The notes under the pieces: model-generated
Databases searched by the model: none
What the model saw: the letters and a program-made list of their open reading frames with translations, nothing else
Told to the model about the DNA's origin: nothing
In this document: in pieces, positions 1 through 18,866 of the stretch
Position numbering within the stretch: the first letter of the stretch is position 1
Layout: each line of letters begins with the position of its first letter
Assembly: GCA_951406725.2 (NCBI GenBank)
Contig: OX597816.1
Location: 172,918,001-172,982,000 of the forward strand
From: Octopus vulgaris
Taxonomy: Eukaryota
Length of the DNA: 64,000 nt
Reading direction: 5' to 3'
Position numbers and translations under genes: made by a program

Positions 1-816
1 GTCCTCACAATTACTCCTTTTCTCTCTCTCTTTCTCCCTCTCTCAGTCTTTCATTTTCCTCTTCCTCTTTCCTTCCACCCGTCCTCACAATTACTCCTTT
101 TCTCTCTCTCTTTCTCCCTCTCTCAGTCTTTCATTTTCCTCTTCCTCTTTCCTTCCACCCGTCCTCACAATTACTCCTTTTCTCTCTCTCTTTCTCCCTC
201 TCTCAGTCTTTCATTTTCCTCTTCCTCTTTCCTTCCACCCGTCCTCACAATTACTCCTTTTCTCTCTCTCTTTCTCCCTCTCTCAGTCTTTCATTTTCCT
301 CTTCCTCTTTCCTTCCACCCGTCCTCACAATTACTCCTTTTCTCTCTCCCTTTTTCCCTCTCTCAGTCTTTCATTTTCCTCTTCCTCTTTCCTTCCACCC
401 GTCCTCACAATTACTCCTTTTCTCTCTCTCTTTCTCCCTCTCTCAGTCTTTCATTTTCCTCTTCCTCTTTCCTTCCACCCGTCCTCACAATTACTCCTTT
501 TCTCTCTCTCTTTCTCCCTCTCTCAGTCTTTCATTTTCCTCTTCCTCTTTCCTTCCACCCGTCCTCACAATTACTCCTTTTCTCTCTCTCTTTCTCCCTC
601 TCTCAGTCTTTCATTTTCCTCTTCCTCTTTCCTTCCACCCGTCCTCACAATTACTCCTTTTCTCTCTCTCTTTCTCCCTCTCTCAGTCTTTCATTTTCCT
701 CTTCCTCTTTCCTTCCACCCGTCCTCACAATTACTCCTTTTCTCTCTCTCTTTCTCCCTCTCTCAGTCTTTCATTTTCCTCTTCCTCTTTCCTTCCACCC
801 GTCCTCACAATTACTC

Positions 817-820
<4 letters not shown>
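1..820. repeat. 80-bp tandem repeat (minisatellite), about 10 near-identical pyrimidine-rich units, running into (CT)n at ~822-869
   Basis: The unit gtcctcacaattactcc...ccttccaccc recurs every 80 nt from position 1. The only variant unit I noticed is 321-400. Confidence 0.97.
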
Positions 821-871
<51 letters not shown>

Positions 872-1499
872 CGAGCCCCTTTTATTTCCATATCATTCCT
901 ATCCTCTCTGCACACCTCTACGCTTCAATTGTTTTCCGTTAATCCCTTATCCTCGTTTTCTTCATCACTCAATCGTCCTACCCCACCTCACTCTTTCCCT
1001 TCCCTCTAAAACTCTTTCTACCTCTCTTCCTCGGTTGCTGTCCTTCACAGCACATTCTATTTTCTTCTTGTTTATTTTCATTCACTCCTTCACATTATCT
1101 TTTTATCCCTCTTTTTTTTTCTTCCACTTGACCCCCACCCCCCACCCTGCCACCATTCACTTTCCCCTTTAAAACCAACCACCCCCCAACTTTTCTCTCT
1201 ATCCTTCAATCACATTAACCAGGTCACTACTTAATTCCATCTCACTACTTCGCCGCCGTCCCCAGGAGACCAGCGGCGTGGAATCGCAGGTCAGATGGAG
1301 GATTACGGAGATGAGGCTAGCAAGGGCCGTTGGAAACCAAAAATCTGGGCCCCAAAGGCTGGCGCTAATTATATTTAGGCAAGACCAGATAACATCCTTT
1401 AGCGTAAGATACTTAGGGCCCGCGAAATCAATCAGCAGAAATCGTCCATCTCCAGCCTCCAACTCAAACAACTGAAGCGCACATTTAGACATTCAGGCA

Positions 1500-1668
1500 T
1501 ACATATAATTACACACACACACACACATACACACACATGTACACGAGCTCACAAATATCTATATATGTATATGTAAACATATGTATGTGCGCGAATAGTG
1601 TATATATGTGCGTGTGGATTGATGGATGGTTATAATGTGTGTATGTATGTGTATACTATGTCATATAA

Positions 1669-1707
<39 letters not shown>

Positions 1708-1867
1708 TGTATAAATATATATATAAATATGTATAAATATATATGTATGTATCTCATATATATATATGTATATATATATATATACGTATATATGTGTATG
1801 TGTATATATATATATTTATATGTGTGTGTATGTATATACATATATAAATATATGCATATGTATATAT

Positions 1868-1946
<79 letters not shown>

Positions 1947-1985
1947 TGTGTATGTATATACATATACTCACACGTACAGACACAC
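1500..1985. repeat. Compound (TA)n/(TG)n/(CA)n microsatellite
   Basis: Direct inspection; it accounts for the YI/CV/HT ORFs. Confidence 0.95.
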
Positions 1986-2608
1986 GTGTATTCACGCAGC
2001 CACACACCGCCATTAACGTCCCGCCAATAATTCCGATTATAAAGATTCACTTTCGTTTCCAGATTGCCTTATCCGCTATGCTGATTCTATTTACTTTAGT
2101 TTATTTGTTTGTTCATCTATTTATGATTATTGTTTACTGTTTCTATTGCTCCTTTTTTCGTGATTCTGTGTAAAACAGAGAAAAGAAAACAAGGAAACGA
2201 TGTGAAACAAACAGCTCCGCATTTTCTGATAGTATCTCATCACGGAAACGAGACTCGGGAGAAACTACACTCTCTTAACTAGTGCTGCCCTTCAGCCATA
2301 TTCGGCCTTATCGCTGAATTTGCTTGCTGCTCTGTCTCTGTGTCCGACGGGTTACGAGCCAGTCATCGCCGTGGATCGTTGAACACACCACGTGGTGAAC
2401 ATCAATCAGATGATCGAAGTAAGGAAACGACTTTTGCTTTCCATCACAAACACCAACGCCAACGCCACCGCTACACTCCATTCCACCCCACCCCCCATTC
2501 CATCTTGTGTTCTTTCTCTAAACCGTCTCGAAGCCACATGTTAAGGTCTCAACAGACTGCAAAAATTACCAAGAGAAGAAGAAAATCATGTACAAGACTA
2601 CTACAAAA

Positions 2609-2659
2609 GCAATAACAACAACAACAGCAGCAGCAACAATTACGACAACGACAACGACG

Positions 2660-2721
<62 letters not shown>

Positions 2722-2740
2722 GATAATGATGATGATGATG

Positions 2741-2810
<70 letters not shown>

Positions 2811-2887
2811 CAACAACAATATCAATAACAATAACAATAACAACAACAGCAACAGCAACAACAACAACAACAACAACAACAACGATG

Positions 2888-2932
<45 letters not shown>

Positions 2933-3024
2933 TTAATAATAATAATAATAATATTAATAATAATAATAACAACAACAATAACAATAACAATAACAACAAC
3001 AGCAACAACAACAACAACAATAAC

Positions 3025-3072
<48 letters not shown>
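2609..3072. repeat. Compound in-phase triplet microsatellite (AAT/AAC/GAT/GAC)
   Basis: Direct inspection. Confidence 0.95.
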
Positions 3073-3194
3073 TGCTACTAGAGGAATGAGACAAAGGCAA
3101 ACAAAATGTTGACGTTTGCATATTAGTAAATGATACAATACACTAAATGTAAGTATAGGTGTTACATAATATTATAGAAAACGATGACAATGAT

Positions 3195-3720
3195 GACACA
3201 ATGCTCCTGATAAAGGAGGGTTTCACGTGCTATTCGAGGAATTCCACCATTCAAGATTTCTCTGAACGCCAGAAGGAAGTGCTCCCTCTCCAGTTGTAGT
3301 TCCTCCAACTTATAAACTTTCATAACTAGAACGAACCCATACAGTCTTGCCACTTTCCTCATTCTCACTCGTCTTTTTCAGCAAATTTCACAAGAGAACA
3401 GCACCTCCCACTTTCAAGAGAAACTTGAGAAAGGCGATGAAGTCTTGCCCATAAAGAAAAGTCTGTCCTCTTTCAACCTGGTCTAACCCACAATCGCTTT
3501 CACGGTAATCACCAGAGAAAGGAAAACCGTTTCCCTGCCCGGTTAGAGGAAGGCGATAGGACAATCATTACGACGGACTCGGTTGATTGATGGCCCGTCC
3601 CACAAACGACAGTGCTCTTTCGAAATAAGTCCTTAAGTCATCAATGCTCAGACACCGAACGAATGGTCTTTGCCAATGGGCACTTGGAACATGGCCATAC
3701 CATCTAAGAGGCTACAATAT
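3195..3720 (-). mobile_element. Degenerate 3' end of an L1/Tx1-like LINE
   Basis: Complex, stop-riddled sequence. The minus strand reads ...GQDFIAFLKFLLK... followed by a 3'UTR-like tagcacgtgaaaccctcctttatc, which resembles Tx1-type 3' ends as I recall them. Not verified by search. Confidence 0.4.
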
Positions 3721-4058
3721 AAAACAAGGGTGATCTAACAGAGAGGTTTCTAACCTATAGTTTCTAGTTTATACTCAAATCCTGCGAAGATAAGATTTTG
3801 TACGTTTAAAATATTTAACGAAATGTAGGGTATCCGTAACAAACACAACAGTTACTGCAAACAGAAACAGATCAATATTTTTTCGAGAAAATATCAAATG
3901 TTAATTTTATTAAATTTTCAGCAAATTACATCATGGCAATCGGAAAGTAAACAGCTTTATATTCGTTTTTCATTTCTTTCGTGAAATATCAAAATTTCTA
4001 CATTGGGATTATGATATGGATCAGACTGCAATGGTGAAACGAAAGTGTTGACGCAAAA

Positions 4059-4455
4059 TCTTTATATATAAAAGTCAAGTTGTGTGTCTGTCTCCTACGA
4101 TTTAGATTCCTAACTACTCCCACATTTTGCGGTGCAGTTTAACCAAAACCGGGTATCTTATAGTCGTGATTCATATCGAGCCCTTCTGGGTATAAGCGCG
4201 CGTCTACGATGAGTCTACGATTTAAAAAAAAATTTACCATAATTTTTTTCCATTTTAATGCATTTTTTCGCTATTATATAAGGAAAGTAACTCTCTAAAA
4301 ATGTCTACGATGAGTCAACGATTTTAAAAAAAATTTACCATCATTTTTTCTCCATTTTTAATGCATTTTTTGCTATTTTTTGGCTATAAATCTCTAAAAA
4401 TGCTTATATAGTTATTTCCCTTACAAACCCGAGCAACGCCGGGCGATACTGCTAG
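4059..4455 (+). mobile_element. Non-autonomous Helitron, copy 1
   Basis: 5' TC terminus after A, 3' CTAG followed by T, subterminal hairpin cccgagcaacgccggg 8 nt before CTAG, no TSD. Three further copies occur in the window. Confidence 0.88.
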
Positions 4456-4759
4456 TTAGTTATAAATTAATAGTTTTGTATGCTTTTATACGGCTGAAAT
4501 GGCTCTTCCATGATATAACTACAGCCTAGAATCAAGCACCTTGTCAAACAAGTACAAATCTGCAGATTAGAAATTTTGCAAAATGCGTAGCGATAGTAAA
4601 AGAGAGGATAACACTACTTCATAACATTCTGCGACATGGCTATTAAGACGTTAAACTTTATTAGGTGTAAGGAATTTGAGCTGGCCTCGCTGTGTGGTTA
4701 GAAGTTTGCTTCTCAACACACATGGTTCCAGGTCCAGTCTCACTATACATATAGTGTAA

Positions 4760-4968
4760 AGGTGCGTAGTCTAGTGGTTAGACTGTCACACTCACGATCG
4801 GTAGATCGTGGACCCGATTCCCAGACTGGGCGGCGTGTTGTGCTCTTGAACAAAATACTTCATTTCACGCCGCTCCAGTCTCCCTTTTCACCTAGCCGGG
4901 TAGTGGCGTCATTCGAATGCTAAAACGATGCAAAGCGCATTGTGACCAGCAATGTGTAACAACATCAG
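4760..4968 (+). mobile_element. Old tRNA-derived SINE (CORE-like body, 'F' tail)
   Basis: A-box-like tagtctagtggtta, decayed B-box, CORE-like tgttgtgctcttgaacaaaatacttcatttcacg. The tail cattgtgaccagc is shared with 35210-35400 and 39725-39850. Confidence 0.65.
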
Positions 4969-5524
4969 ACTCATCTGTTTTGGAAGGCCTGTGAAGGCCC
5001 TGGGCAGTGTTTCTCCCTTTAGATCTAGCAAGTAAAAATAAATAAGGTAAATAAAATAAAACATCTCAAGATTTGACTAATATCTATTTTGTTACTTCGT
5101 GAGGACGTTTATGCATCGTTCGACCTAAAATCACTCTTTATCGTCCTAAAACACACACATGCATGCACACACACACACACACGCACATACATACACACAA
5201 GCGCACATATACACACGCATTGGTCGATGAAATAATTGCTATACAAAAAGACGGAATGGTCATAACTGGAAAGTCTTTTTATTCAGGGTTGATCTGAAGC
5301 TAAACGACAACAACAAACCGATGAAAGATAAGGTCCACTTTGCGCAGAATTGGCACTTAGAACGTCAAGGGACGTAAATAATTACTCCAAGGTTTCTATC
5401 CCACTTCAACTCCCACCCGGTTAAATCCCAAATAATAATGACTTGTAAATTGGACAGAAGGTTACAAATTACGGCTAAAGGGAAAAGGAGAGGAGGATGT
5501 TGGGGGAGAGGAAGTAGAGGGGGA

Positions 5525-5710
5525 GGGAAGAAGAAGAAGAAGAAGATGGAAGAAGAAGAAGATGGAAGAAGAAGAAGAAGAAGAAGAAGAAGAAGGAGGA
5601 GAAGAAGAAGAAGAAGAAAAAGAAGATGGAAGAAGAAGAAGAGGAGGAAGAAGAAGAAGAAGAAGAAGAAGAAGAAGAAGAAGAAGAAGAAGAAGAAGAA
5701 GAAGAAGAAA
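5525..5710. repeat. (GAA)n microsatellite
   Basis: Direct inspection. Confidence 0.95.
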
Positions 5711-6249
5711 CCGTTTATAATCTACAGTGACGGCAATAGATGCGTCGTGATGGTAAAGCACGATAGATACGGAAGGGGAAGAACATGGAGAGAAAGACGA
5801 GGGAAGGGATTCTAACCTGAGGGAGAGAGTGTAGTTGTGGGGAGAGGAAGAGAACAGGAGAGAAAGATAGACAACGTGAGAGAGAGAGAGATGGGGAGAG
5901 AGGGAGAAGAGAGAGCGGTGAGAAAGACGCAGTATTCAAGAAGCTTCCATTGATATCCATTCGTATTTGTTCCGATTCCATGACATGTCTTGAAGTGATT
6001 AAACATGTGTGTTATTAGGATTGACGTGTTGTGGTGATTGACCACTAGCCAGTGGGACAGAAGCGGAGAGAGAGAGAGATGGGGAGAGAGAGGGAGAGAG
6101 AGAGAGGGAGAGTGAGAGAGGGAGAAAGTGGAGAGATGGAATGGGTGGAAAGGATGGAAAATAAAGGAAATGTTGAAACGGAGAAATAGAAACGGGGAAG
6201 GAAGAAAATTGTGTATTTGTTTGCATGTGTGCGTGTCGCAGGATGTGTG

Positions 6250-6295
<46 letters not shown>

Positions 6296-6410
6296 TGCGT
6301 GTTTGTGTGCCTGTATGACAGAAAGACGGTGATTTTGTGACAGAGAGTGGGGAGAGAAGCGAAAGAGGAAAATTGAAAGACAGAAATGGCCAGCAAACAC
6401 ACAGGAAGAC

Positions 6411-6758
<348 letters not shown>

Positions 6759-6972
6759 AAGTGAAAACTCAGAGATGTAGAGTTAGAGATAGACAGAGAA
6801 AAAAATGGTGAAGATAGAGAGTACGAAAGAGAAATATAGAGAGAGATGTACAAATTAAAAGTGAGAGAAAGAGAGAGATGATGTGGATGAGAACGAGAGA
6901 GTGAGAGAGAAACAAAGAGAGTGGGAAAGCGAAATAGTGACAAAGACACGTATAGTGTTAGTATGTGAGAGT

Positions 6973-7011
<39 letters not shown>

Positions 7012-7228
7012 TGAGAGAGAGAGAGGTGGGAGTAGCGAAACAGAAAGAAGGTGTGTTTGCAATTGAAAGGAATGTAAATCTATGAAGAAAGAGTAGGAAA
7101 GACAAAGCAGGCGTAAGAGGAGAGAGAGAGAGAATTAGAAAGGGTAAAAGGAGAGAAATGGTTATGAAAGACAATTAACAAGGAAATATGAGAAGCAGAG
7201 AGAAAAATGATCAGAATCCATGCAGTCT

Positions 7229-7288
<60 letters not shown>

Positions 7289-8940
7289 GAAGAAAGAAAA
7301 AACACAAAAGAGAAAAGAATCTCAAAGAAATAAACAGAAAAGAAGAGGCTGTTTAGATATGGAAGAGAGAGAGAGAGAGAGGGGGGAGAGAGAAAGACAG
7401 AGAGACAGACAGACAGAGGAGGGGTGGGAGAAAGAAGAAATAGGTATGAAAGTCTAAGGGGAGAGTGGAAGGAATGCGGAAAAGAAGAGAATTAAATAAG
7501 AGGAAGGAGAGAAGGAGAAGAGAAGTGCAAATTACGATCATTAAATAAACAAAGCTATAAAACAAATAAAAAAGAATAAGAAAAAAATGCCAAGCGAGAT
7601 AGAATGGAAGCGGAAGAGAGCGGAAGAGACAGTCCAGAGTGACGTCATACAAAATGGTGGTGGGTGGTCGAGAATTAGATACATATTAATCCACTGAAAT
7701 TTCAAACAGATAACAGGATGATGCAAAACAATGATAAACAATAGCAACAGAAAGAACAGCAACAACAAGAAAATAACAATAACATCAATAACGACCACAA
7801 CATTAGCAACAACAACGGCAACAAATAAAAAACACCTTAAGCAAAAGTATGACTAAAACAATGTGACCAAGCAATCAGAAGTCATGCATGGATTGCTGAC
7901 AATCAGATGATTATTTATTAGGGAATTACTTATGCGCATTTTGCACTCCACCATTCCATTCTGTCAAATATATCTATCCATCCTTCTATCCATCCTTCTA
8001 TCCAATTCCTATTTATCGTCTGCCTTCCCTTTCACTTACACCCCAAACTCCACCTCCGCTTAACTGACTAACACGTGGATGGTAATTGTGTGTGTGGAAT
8101 ATAAATGGCATTTTATATACATGTTAACATTCAAATGTACAATGTTGTTTTTTATAGTTTATCATAATGTATACATCTGGACATAACTCAAAACAGATAC
8201 TACTTATCTTTCAATCAAATCAACCATTACTTTTCCATTGCCGTCAATGTTTTCTCCATAACTTTTGTTTTCAGTTTCCGTTCTCCAGTTTTTGTCCTCC
8301 ATCTTTGTTGTCGTTCCGTTTCTTTTACTGCTCCCTCGGAATCTTATATGTTTAACTTTGTGCTAATCTGTTGTCACTCATCCTCTCGTTGTGCGCAGCT
8401 CAATTCCATTTCAATAGTTTTATAGATTTAACAACACCATTTAGTTTTGTTCTATTTCAGATTCAAGTTGATGAGTATCGTTGTTACTTTTTGAAGGTAT
8501 GGTTCTTTAATTTATATATCAATAATTTCATCTATCAACTCGTTAAAGATTGTTTTGATTAATTTTTTTCATGCTCATTCTTTGTGACGCCGTCTTGCTT
8601 TATCTTTTCAGTTGTTTTAAATACGAAGCTCAATCTCCTCATACAAGTACCATGTCGTCTGAGAATCAATGGTGTGACGCCAATTTACATTTCTTTATTT
8701 ACTACAGTTTACGAAGACTTCTTTAATGCAAGCTGGGAATAGTTCTTTAGTTCTTTTATCTTTTATCTTTTACGTGTTTCAATCACTGAAAAATTTTTAG
8801 TCGAATGAATCGACCCCAATATTTTTTTTAAAGCCTGGTACTTATTCTTTCGATCATTTTGGTCGAACCGCTTACTTAAGAGGACGTAAACACACCAACA
8901 CCGGTTGTCAAGCGGTAGTGGGGGACAAACATACACACAC

Positions 8941-8986
<46 letters not shown>

Positions 8987-8989
8987 ATA

Positions 8990-9150
8990 ATAATGCATTA
9001 AGGAAAAGTGGATTCTCGGAGAAGATCCAGTATAATCAAGCTAATTCTATCAGTAATAGACCGCGTAAAACTAGAACTAGGAAAGTTTTGTGGTTTAACC
9101 CCGCACTTAATATTGCCGTAAAAACTAATATAGGTAGGGAATTTTTAAAA
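8990..9150 (+). pseudogene. Internal fragment of a Penelope-like element ORF (region between RT and GIY-YIG)
   Basis: Translation NNALRKSGFSEKIQY...RTRKVLWFNPALNIAVKTNIGREFLK matches the PLE WFNPP...VKTNIG motif. Flanked by (TA)n and (CA/TA)n. Confidence 0.75.
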
Positions 9151-9155
9151 CACAG

Positions 9156-9190
<35 letters not shown>

Positions 9191-9217
9191 CATGCACACA
9201 CTCACACACATACGCAC

Positions 9218-9255
<38 letters not shown>

Positions 9256-9276
9256 ATACACACGTAAATACATATA

Positions 9277-9646
9277 GGCGTAGGAGTGACTGTGTGGTAA
9301 GTAGCTACCTTAACAACTGCATGGTTCCGGGTTCAGTCCCACTGCGTAGCACCTTGGGCAAGTGTCTTCTACTATAGCATCGGGCCGACCAAAGCCTTGT
9401 GAGTGGATTTGGTAGACGGAAACTGAAAGAAGCCTGTCGTATATATGTATATATTTATATGTACGTGTGTGCATATGTTTGTGTGTCTGTGTTTGTCCCC
9501 CCAACATCGCTTGACAACCAATGCTTGTGTGTTTACGTCCCCGTATCTTAGCGGTTCGGCAAAAGAGACCGATAGAATAAGTACTAGGCTTACAAAAAAT
9601 AAGTCCTGGGGTCGATTTGCTCTACTAAAGGCGGTGCTCCAGCATG
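9277..9646 (+). mobile_element. tRNA-derived SINE, family A
   Basis: Head ggcg.aggagtg.ctgtgtggtaag...ggttcagtccc, internal microsatellite and conserved tail. Many copies in the window. Confidence 0.9.
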
Positions 9647-9651
9647 TATAT

Positions 9652-9708
<57 letters not shown>

Positions 9709-10245
9709 CATATATACATATATATACATATATACATGCATACACACATACGTATTCAGGATCCAATAGGATCGAGGTATTATTTTAAGAGCAAAGATAC
9801 CAAGGTATAGTCAAGGACCATATTCCCATATATCAACGTATTTACTAAAGCATATATGGATTTGTCCTTCTAGTTACGCATACGTCCACCAGTATAGACC
9901 AAATACACTCAACGTATACGTAAATAAATCGCACCAGAGTATACTCCGGCATGCAATCCACAGTGTGCAGTAGGCTCAAGATCCAACGCAGGGAAGGTTC
10001 CGACTGTAGTGTAGTACAAATGATAGCACAGATAGGCTGAAGTTTACTACAGCTGTTTGAGGCGTTGTTTTCTGTTGATGAAGAAAACTGCAGGTTCTAG
10101 GTTCAAATTCCGCCGTGCTCGACTGTACTGTTCATCCTTTCGGAGGTCGATAAATTAATTACCAGTTCAACACTGGAATCGATGAAATCAACTCATCTCC
10201 TCCCCACAAATTTCTGCCCTTGTGGAAAATTTGAAAGCATTATTA

Positions 10246-10375
<130 letters not shown>

Positions 10376-10377
10376 TA

Positions 10378-10770
10378 GGTGGAAAGCTGGCAGAATCGTT
10401 AGCACTCCAAGTAAATTGCTTTAGAGCATTTCGCCCGTCTTTACGTTCTCAGTTCAAATTCCGCCAAGGTCAAATTTGCCTTTCATCCTTTCGGAGTCGA
10501 TAAAGTACATACGAGTTGAGCACTGGAGTTCGATGTAATCAACTCATTCAAAATTGCTGGCCTTGTACGAAAATTTGGCGGCGAAATGGCAGAAACCTTA
10601 GCACGCCGGGCGAAGTGCTTAGCGGTATTTCGTCTGCCGCTACGTTCTGAGTTCAAATTTCGCCAAGGTCGACTTTGCCTTTCATCCTTTCGGGGTCGAT
10701 AAATTAAGTACTAGTTGCGTACTCGCCCCTACCCCAACATTTTAGCTCTTGTGCCTTTAGCAGAAAGGAT
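10378..10770 (+). mobile_element. Two adjacent diverged family-B SINE copies
   Basis: gctggcagaa.cgttagcac...gagttcaaattc.gcc.aggtc.a.tttgcctttcatcctttcgg is repeated at ~10385 and ~10577. Confidence 0.8.
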
Positions 10771-10778
10771 TATTATTA

Positions 10779-10866
<88 letters not shown>

Positions 10867-10888
10867 CATCATCATCATCATTATTATT

Positions 10889-11330
10889 GAGTGAGAGAGC
10901 AGTGCCTTCCATCAAAGTGACACTGGGGTAAAATATTTGAAACCCAATTTACCCATCATGACTACCCGTCTGATAAGGGTACACCAGGCACATGCATCAC
11001 AACCATATGTGCGCGACATGGTGATCCGATACCAAGATAAACAGCACATGACCTTGCAGGTGGGGCCCACTTAGAATATTCTTCTGGTCGAGTAGCCCAT
11101 CCCGCTCAAAAGGTCCCTGAATAAGGATTGTTTAAGGATGTTGAATGAACCACCCATGTTTCCAAAGGTGACTTATCCAAACCTCTAAGAATTCCTTCCA
11201 ACACATGGCTAAGATGCTCCCCCACTACTGCTGCTCATGATCAGAGATGCACATATCATCAACCACTAAAGGACATGCTCAACTGGATATGGTCAAACAA
11301 CTAACCATTAGCAGAATATTTACTGTAGCC
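10889..11330 (-). mobile_element. Family C non-coding (TAA)n-associated element, 5'-truncated
   Basis: Homologous to 21650-22211, 41910-42460 and 51841-52394. The sense 3' end ...ctctctcactc abuts (AAT)n. Confidence 0.9.
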
Positions 11331-11381
11331 CTTCTTCTTCTTCTTCTTTTTCTTCTTCTTCTTCTTCTTCTTCTTCTTCTT

Positions 11382-16501
<5,120 letters not shown>

Positions 16502-16514
16502 CATTATTATTATT

Positions 16515-18866
16515 CTATGTTTGACTTTTACTTTATGTCTGTACAAGTTGGCTCCCAGTCTCACCCAGAGACCTCAAGAGACAACAGGCTGGAAGTTCTG
16601 TGCCATATATTTGGGGTTTTTTTTTTCCTTCTTTCTTTTTTTTTCTGGTGTTGTACTAGTGAATGTCTAATACATAAAAAATAAATAAATAAATAAATAA
16701 ATAATTTTAAAAAGTTTGTTTTAAACCTTGGGATTACATAGAGAGTATTTTGCGTAGGATATGAGCAGTTCCCATGACCACTATCTTTTGAATTTCTGCC
16801 ATTTTGGGGTTTCCTGGTATCTGAGTTAGGTAGCAATCAGTCCCTTTCGCTATCATTCCCAGGGCACCTATGACAACAGGTATTGTTTTAGTCTTCAGCT
16901 TCCACATTTTGCTGATTTCTATTTCAAAATTTTTATATTTGCTCAGTTTTTGGTAGGTCTTGACAGATACGTTTATATCGATTGGGACAGTCATATCAAT
17001 GAGGAGGCATGTTCTTTGTCTGAAGTCTTTCAATATGATGTCTGGCCTATTTGCATCTATCTTTCTGTCAGTTTGAATGGTGAAGTTCCAGAGGAGTGAG
17101 ATGTGGTCATTTTCAAGCACTGGAGGTGGATTGTGTTCCCACCAGTTTTTTTCATGGGGTAAATCCAGGTTTTTGCAAATTACCCAGTGAATATATTGTG
17201 CAGCTCTATCATGCCTGTTGAGGTACTCTGTAGGCGCTAGAAGACTGCATTTGGAGACAACATGATCAATGGTCTCATTTTGTTGTCGGCATACACGACA
17301 TGTTGGGCTACTGTCGTTCTTTAATATGTTGGCCTGGTAGTTTCTTGTTGGTAGGCATTGATCTTGAGCTGCTATGATAAACCCCTCTGTTTCAGATTTT
17401 AAGCCAGAGGCTATTAGCCATTGATGGGTCAGGGCTTTGTCAATATCTGCATTATTCGCTCTCTTTGGGTATTTGCCATAGAGAGGTTTTTCTTGCCATT
17501 TATTATTCAGAATATCTAAGGCCGCAATTTTGGCACGGGTTTTCATGCGCCTAGCTTTTTCTGTGCTTGTTTCTTGTATGTCTATCTCTAGTTCCGAAAT
17601 TGGTTGTATTCGGAATTCACTTAGATATTCCTTTGCCTGTTTTGTGACTGAGTATGATGCTTTCTTGTTTTCATGTTTTGAGACAAGTTTTAACATCCAG
17701 TCCTCAGAGTTTTTCAGGTAGGTGTCTAGGCCAATTGTAGCAATCTTCATTGTTATTGCCAGTTGCAAAAGACCACGGCCTCCCTCTTTTCTTGGTAGAT
17801 AGAGTCGTTCTGTATCTGCCTTAGGGTGGTGCATTCTATGCATTGTCAACAGTTTCCTTATTTTTCTGTCGAGCTGACATATTTCAGTAATTGACCAGTT
17901 AACAATATTGAAACTGTAAGTCACGACTGGTATGGCTAATGCATTGATCGCTTCGATCCTGTTTCTTGCATTCAGCTCTGTCTTGAGTATTGCTCTCATT
18001 CTTCGATAGCATTCTCTCCTGATCCTTTCCTTCATCTCTGAATGCCTTATTCCGTTCCCTTCAATTACCCCTAGGTACTTGTAGCTCTCCGCTGGGTCTA
18101 GTTCTTTTATGACATTCTGCTGGTCAAGGTTAACGTTAGATGATTCTGTCATTTTTCCTTTGATAAATGTAGCTTTTGCAGATTTATCGAGGCCAAATTG
18201 CATTCTGATGACGTCACTGAATTGTTTGACTATCGCTAGTAAGCCCTTGAGTTGTTGATCATTTTTTGCAAAAAGCTTTAAATCATCCATGTAAATGAGA
18301 TGATTTATATTTTTATCAAACATTTTATACCCGTACTGCGCGTCATTGAGCAGCTTTGAGAGAGGTATTAAGGATAAACAAAAGAGGAGTGGTGACAGTG
18401 AGTCACCCTGGAAAATGCCGCACGAAATTTTTACATCACCAGCATTTAGGGATTCATTGTCACTGTTCAGAGTTAGTGTGGTTCTCCATGATCTCATACT
18501 TACAGTCAAGAAGTTTCGCAGAGTAGGAGCTATCTTATACATTTCCAGGCATTTCCTAATCCAGCTATGTGGTAGCCTATCAAAAGCCTTTTTATAGTCT
18601 ATCCAGGCTATTGATAAGTTTTTGTGTCGTTTGTGACAATCTTCTAAGATCATCTTATTGATGAGTAGTTGGTCTTTACAGCCGTAGGATCCACGTTTAC
18701 ATCCTTTCTGTTCATTAGGGAATATGCTGCTGTCTGTTAAAAAACTATAGGTATATTCCGTCAGGACAGATGTTAGCGTTTTGTACATAGTTGTTAAGCA
18801 GGTTATGGGTCTATAGTTTTTTGGTTCATCTGTTTCTTCACTTTTTGGAAGCAGGAATGTTAACCC

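Noticed and set aside
1-820. Regular 80-bp repeats as a CRISPR array
   Set aside because: The units are contiguous and identical with no unique spacers; eukaryotic context; no cas genes.
1199-1492. 97-aa and 65-aa ORFs as a host gene
   Set aside because: No recognisable domain, non-ATG starts and no supported splice structure.
7640-7660. TGACGTCA (CRE) plus a YY1-like caaaatggtgg as a promoter
   Set aside because: Short motifs expected by chance in 64 kb, with no associated gene evidence.
9750-10050. Faint recurring gtata.tcaag motif
   Set aside because: Too degenerate to define a period or a family by eye.
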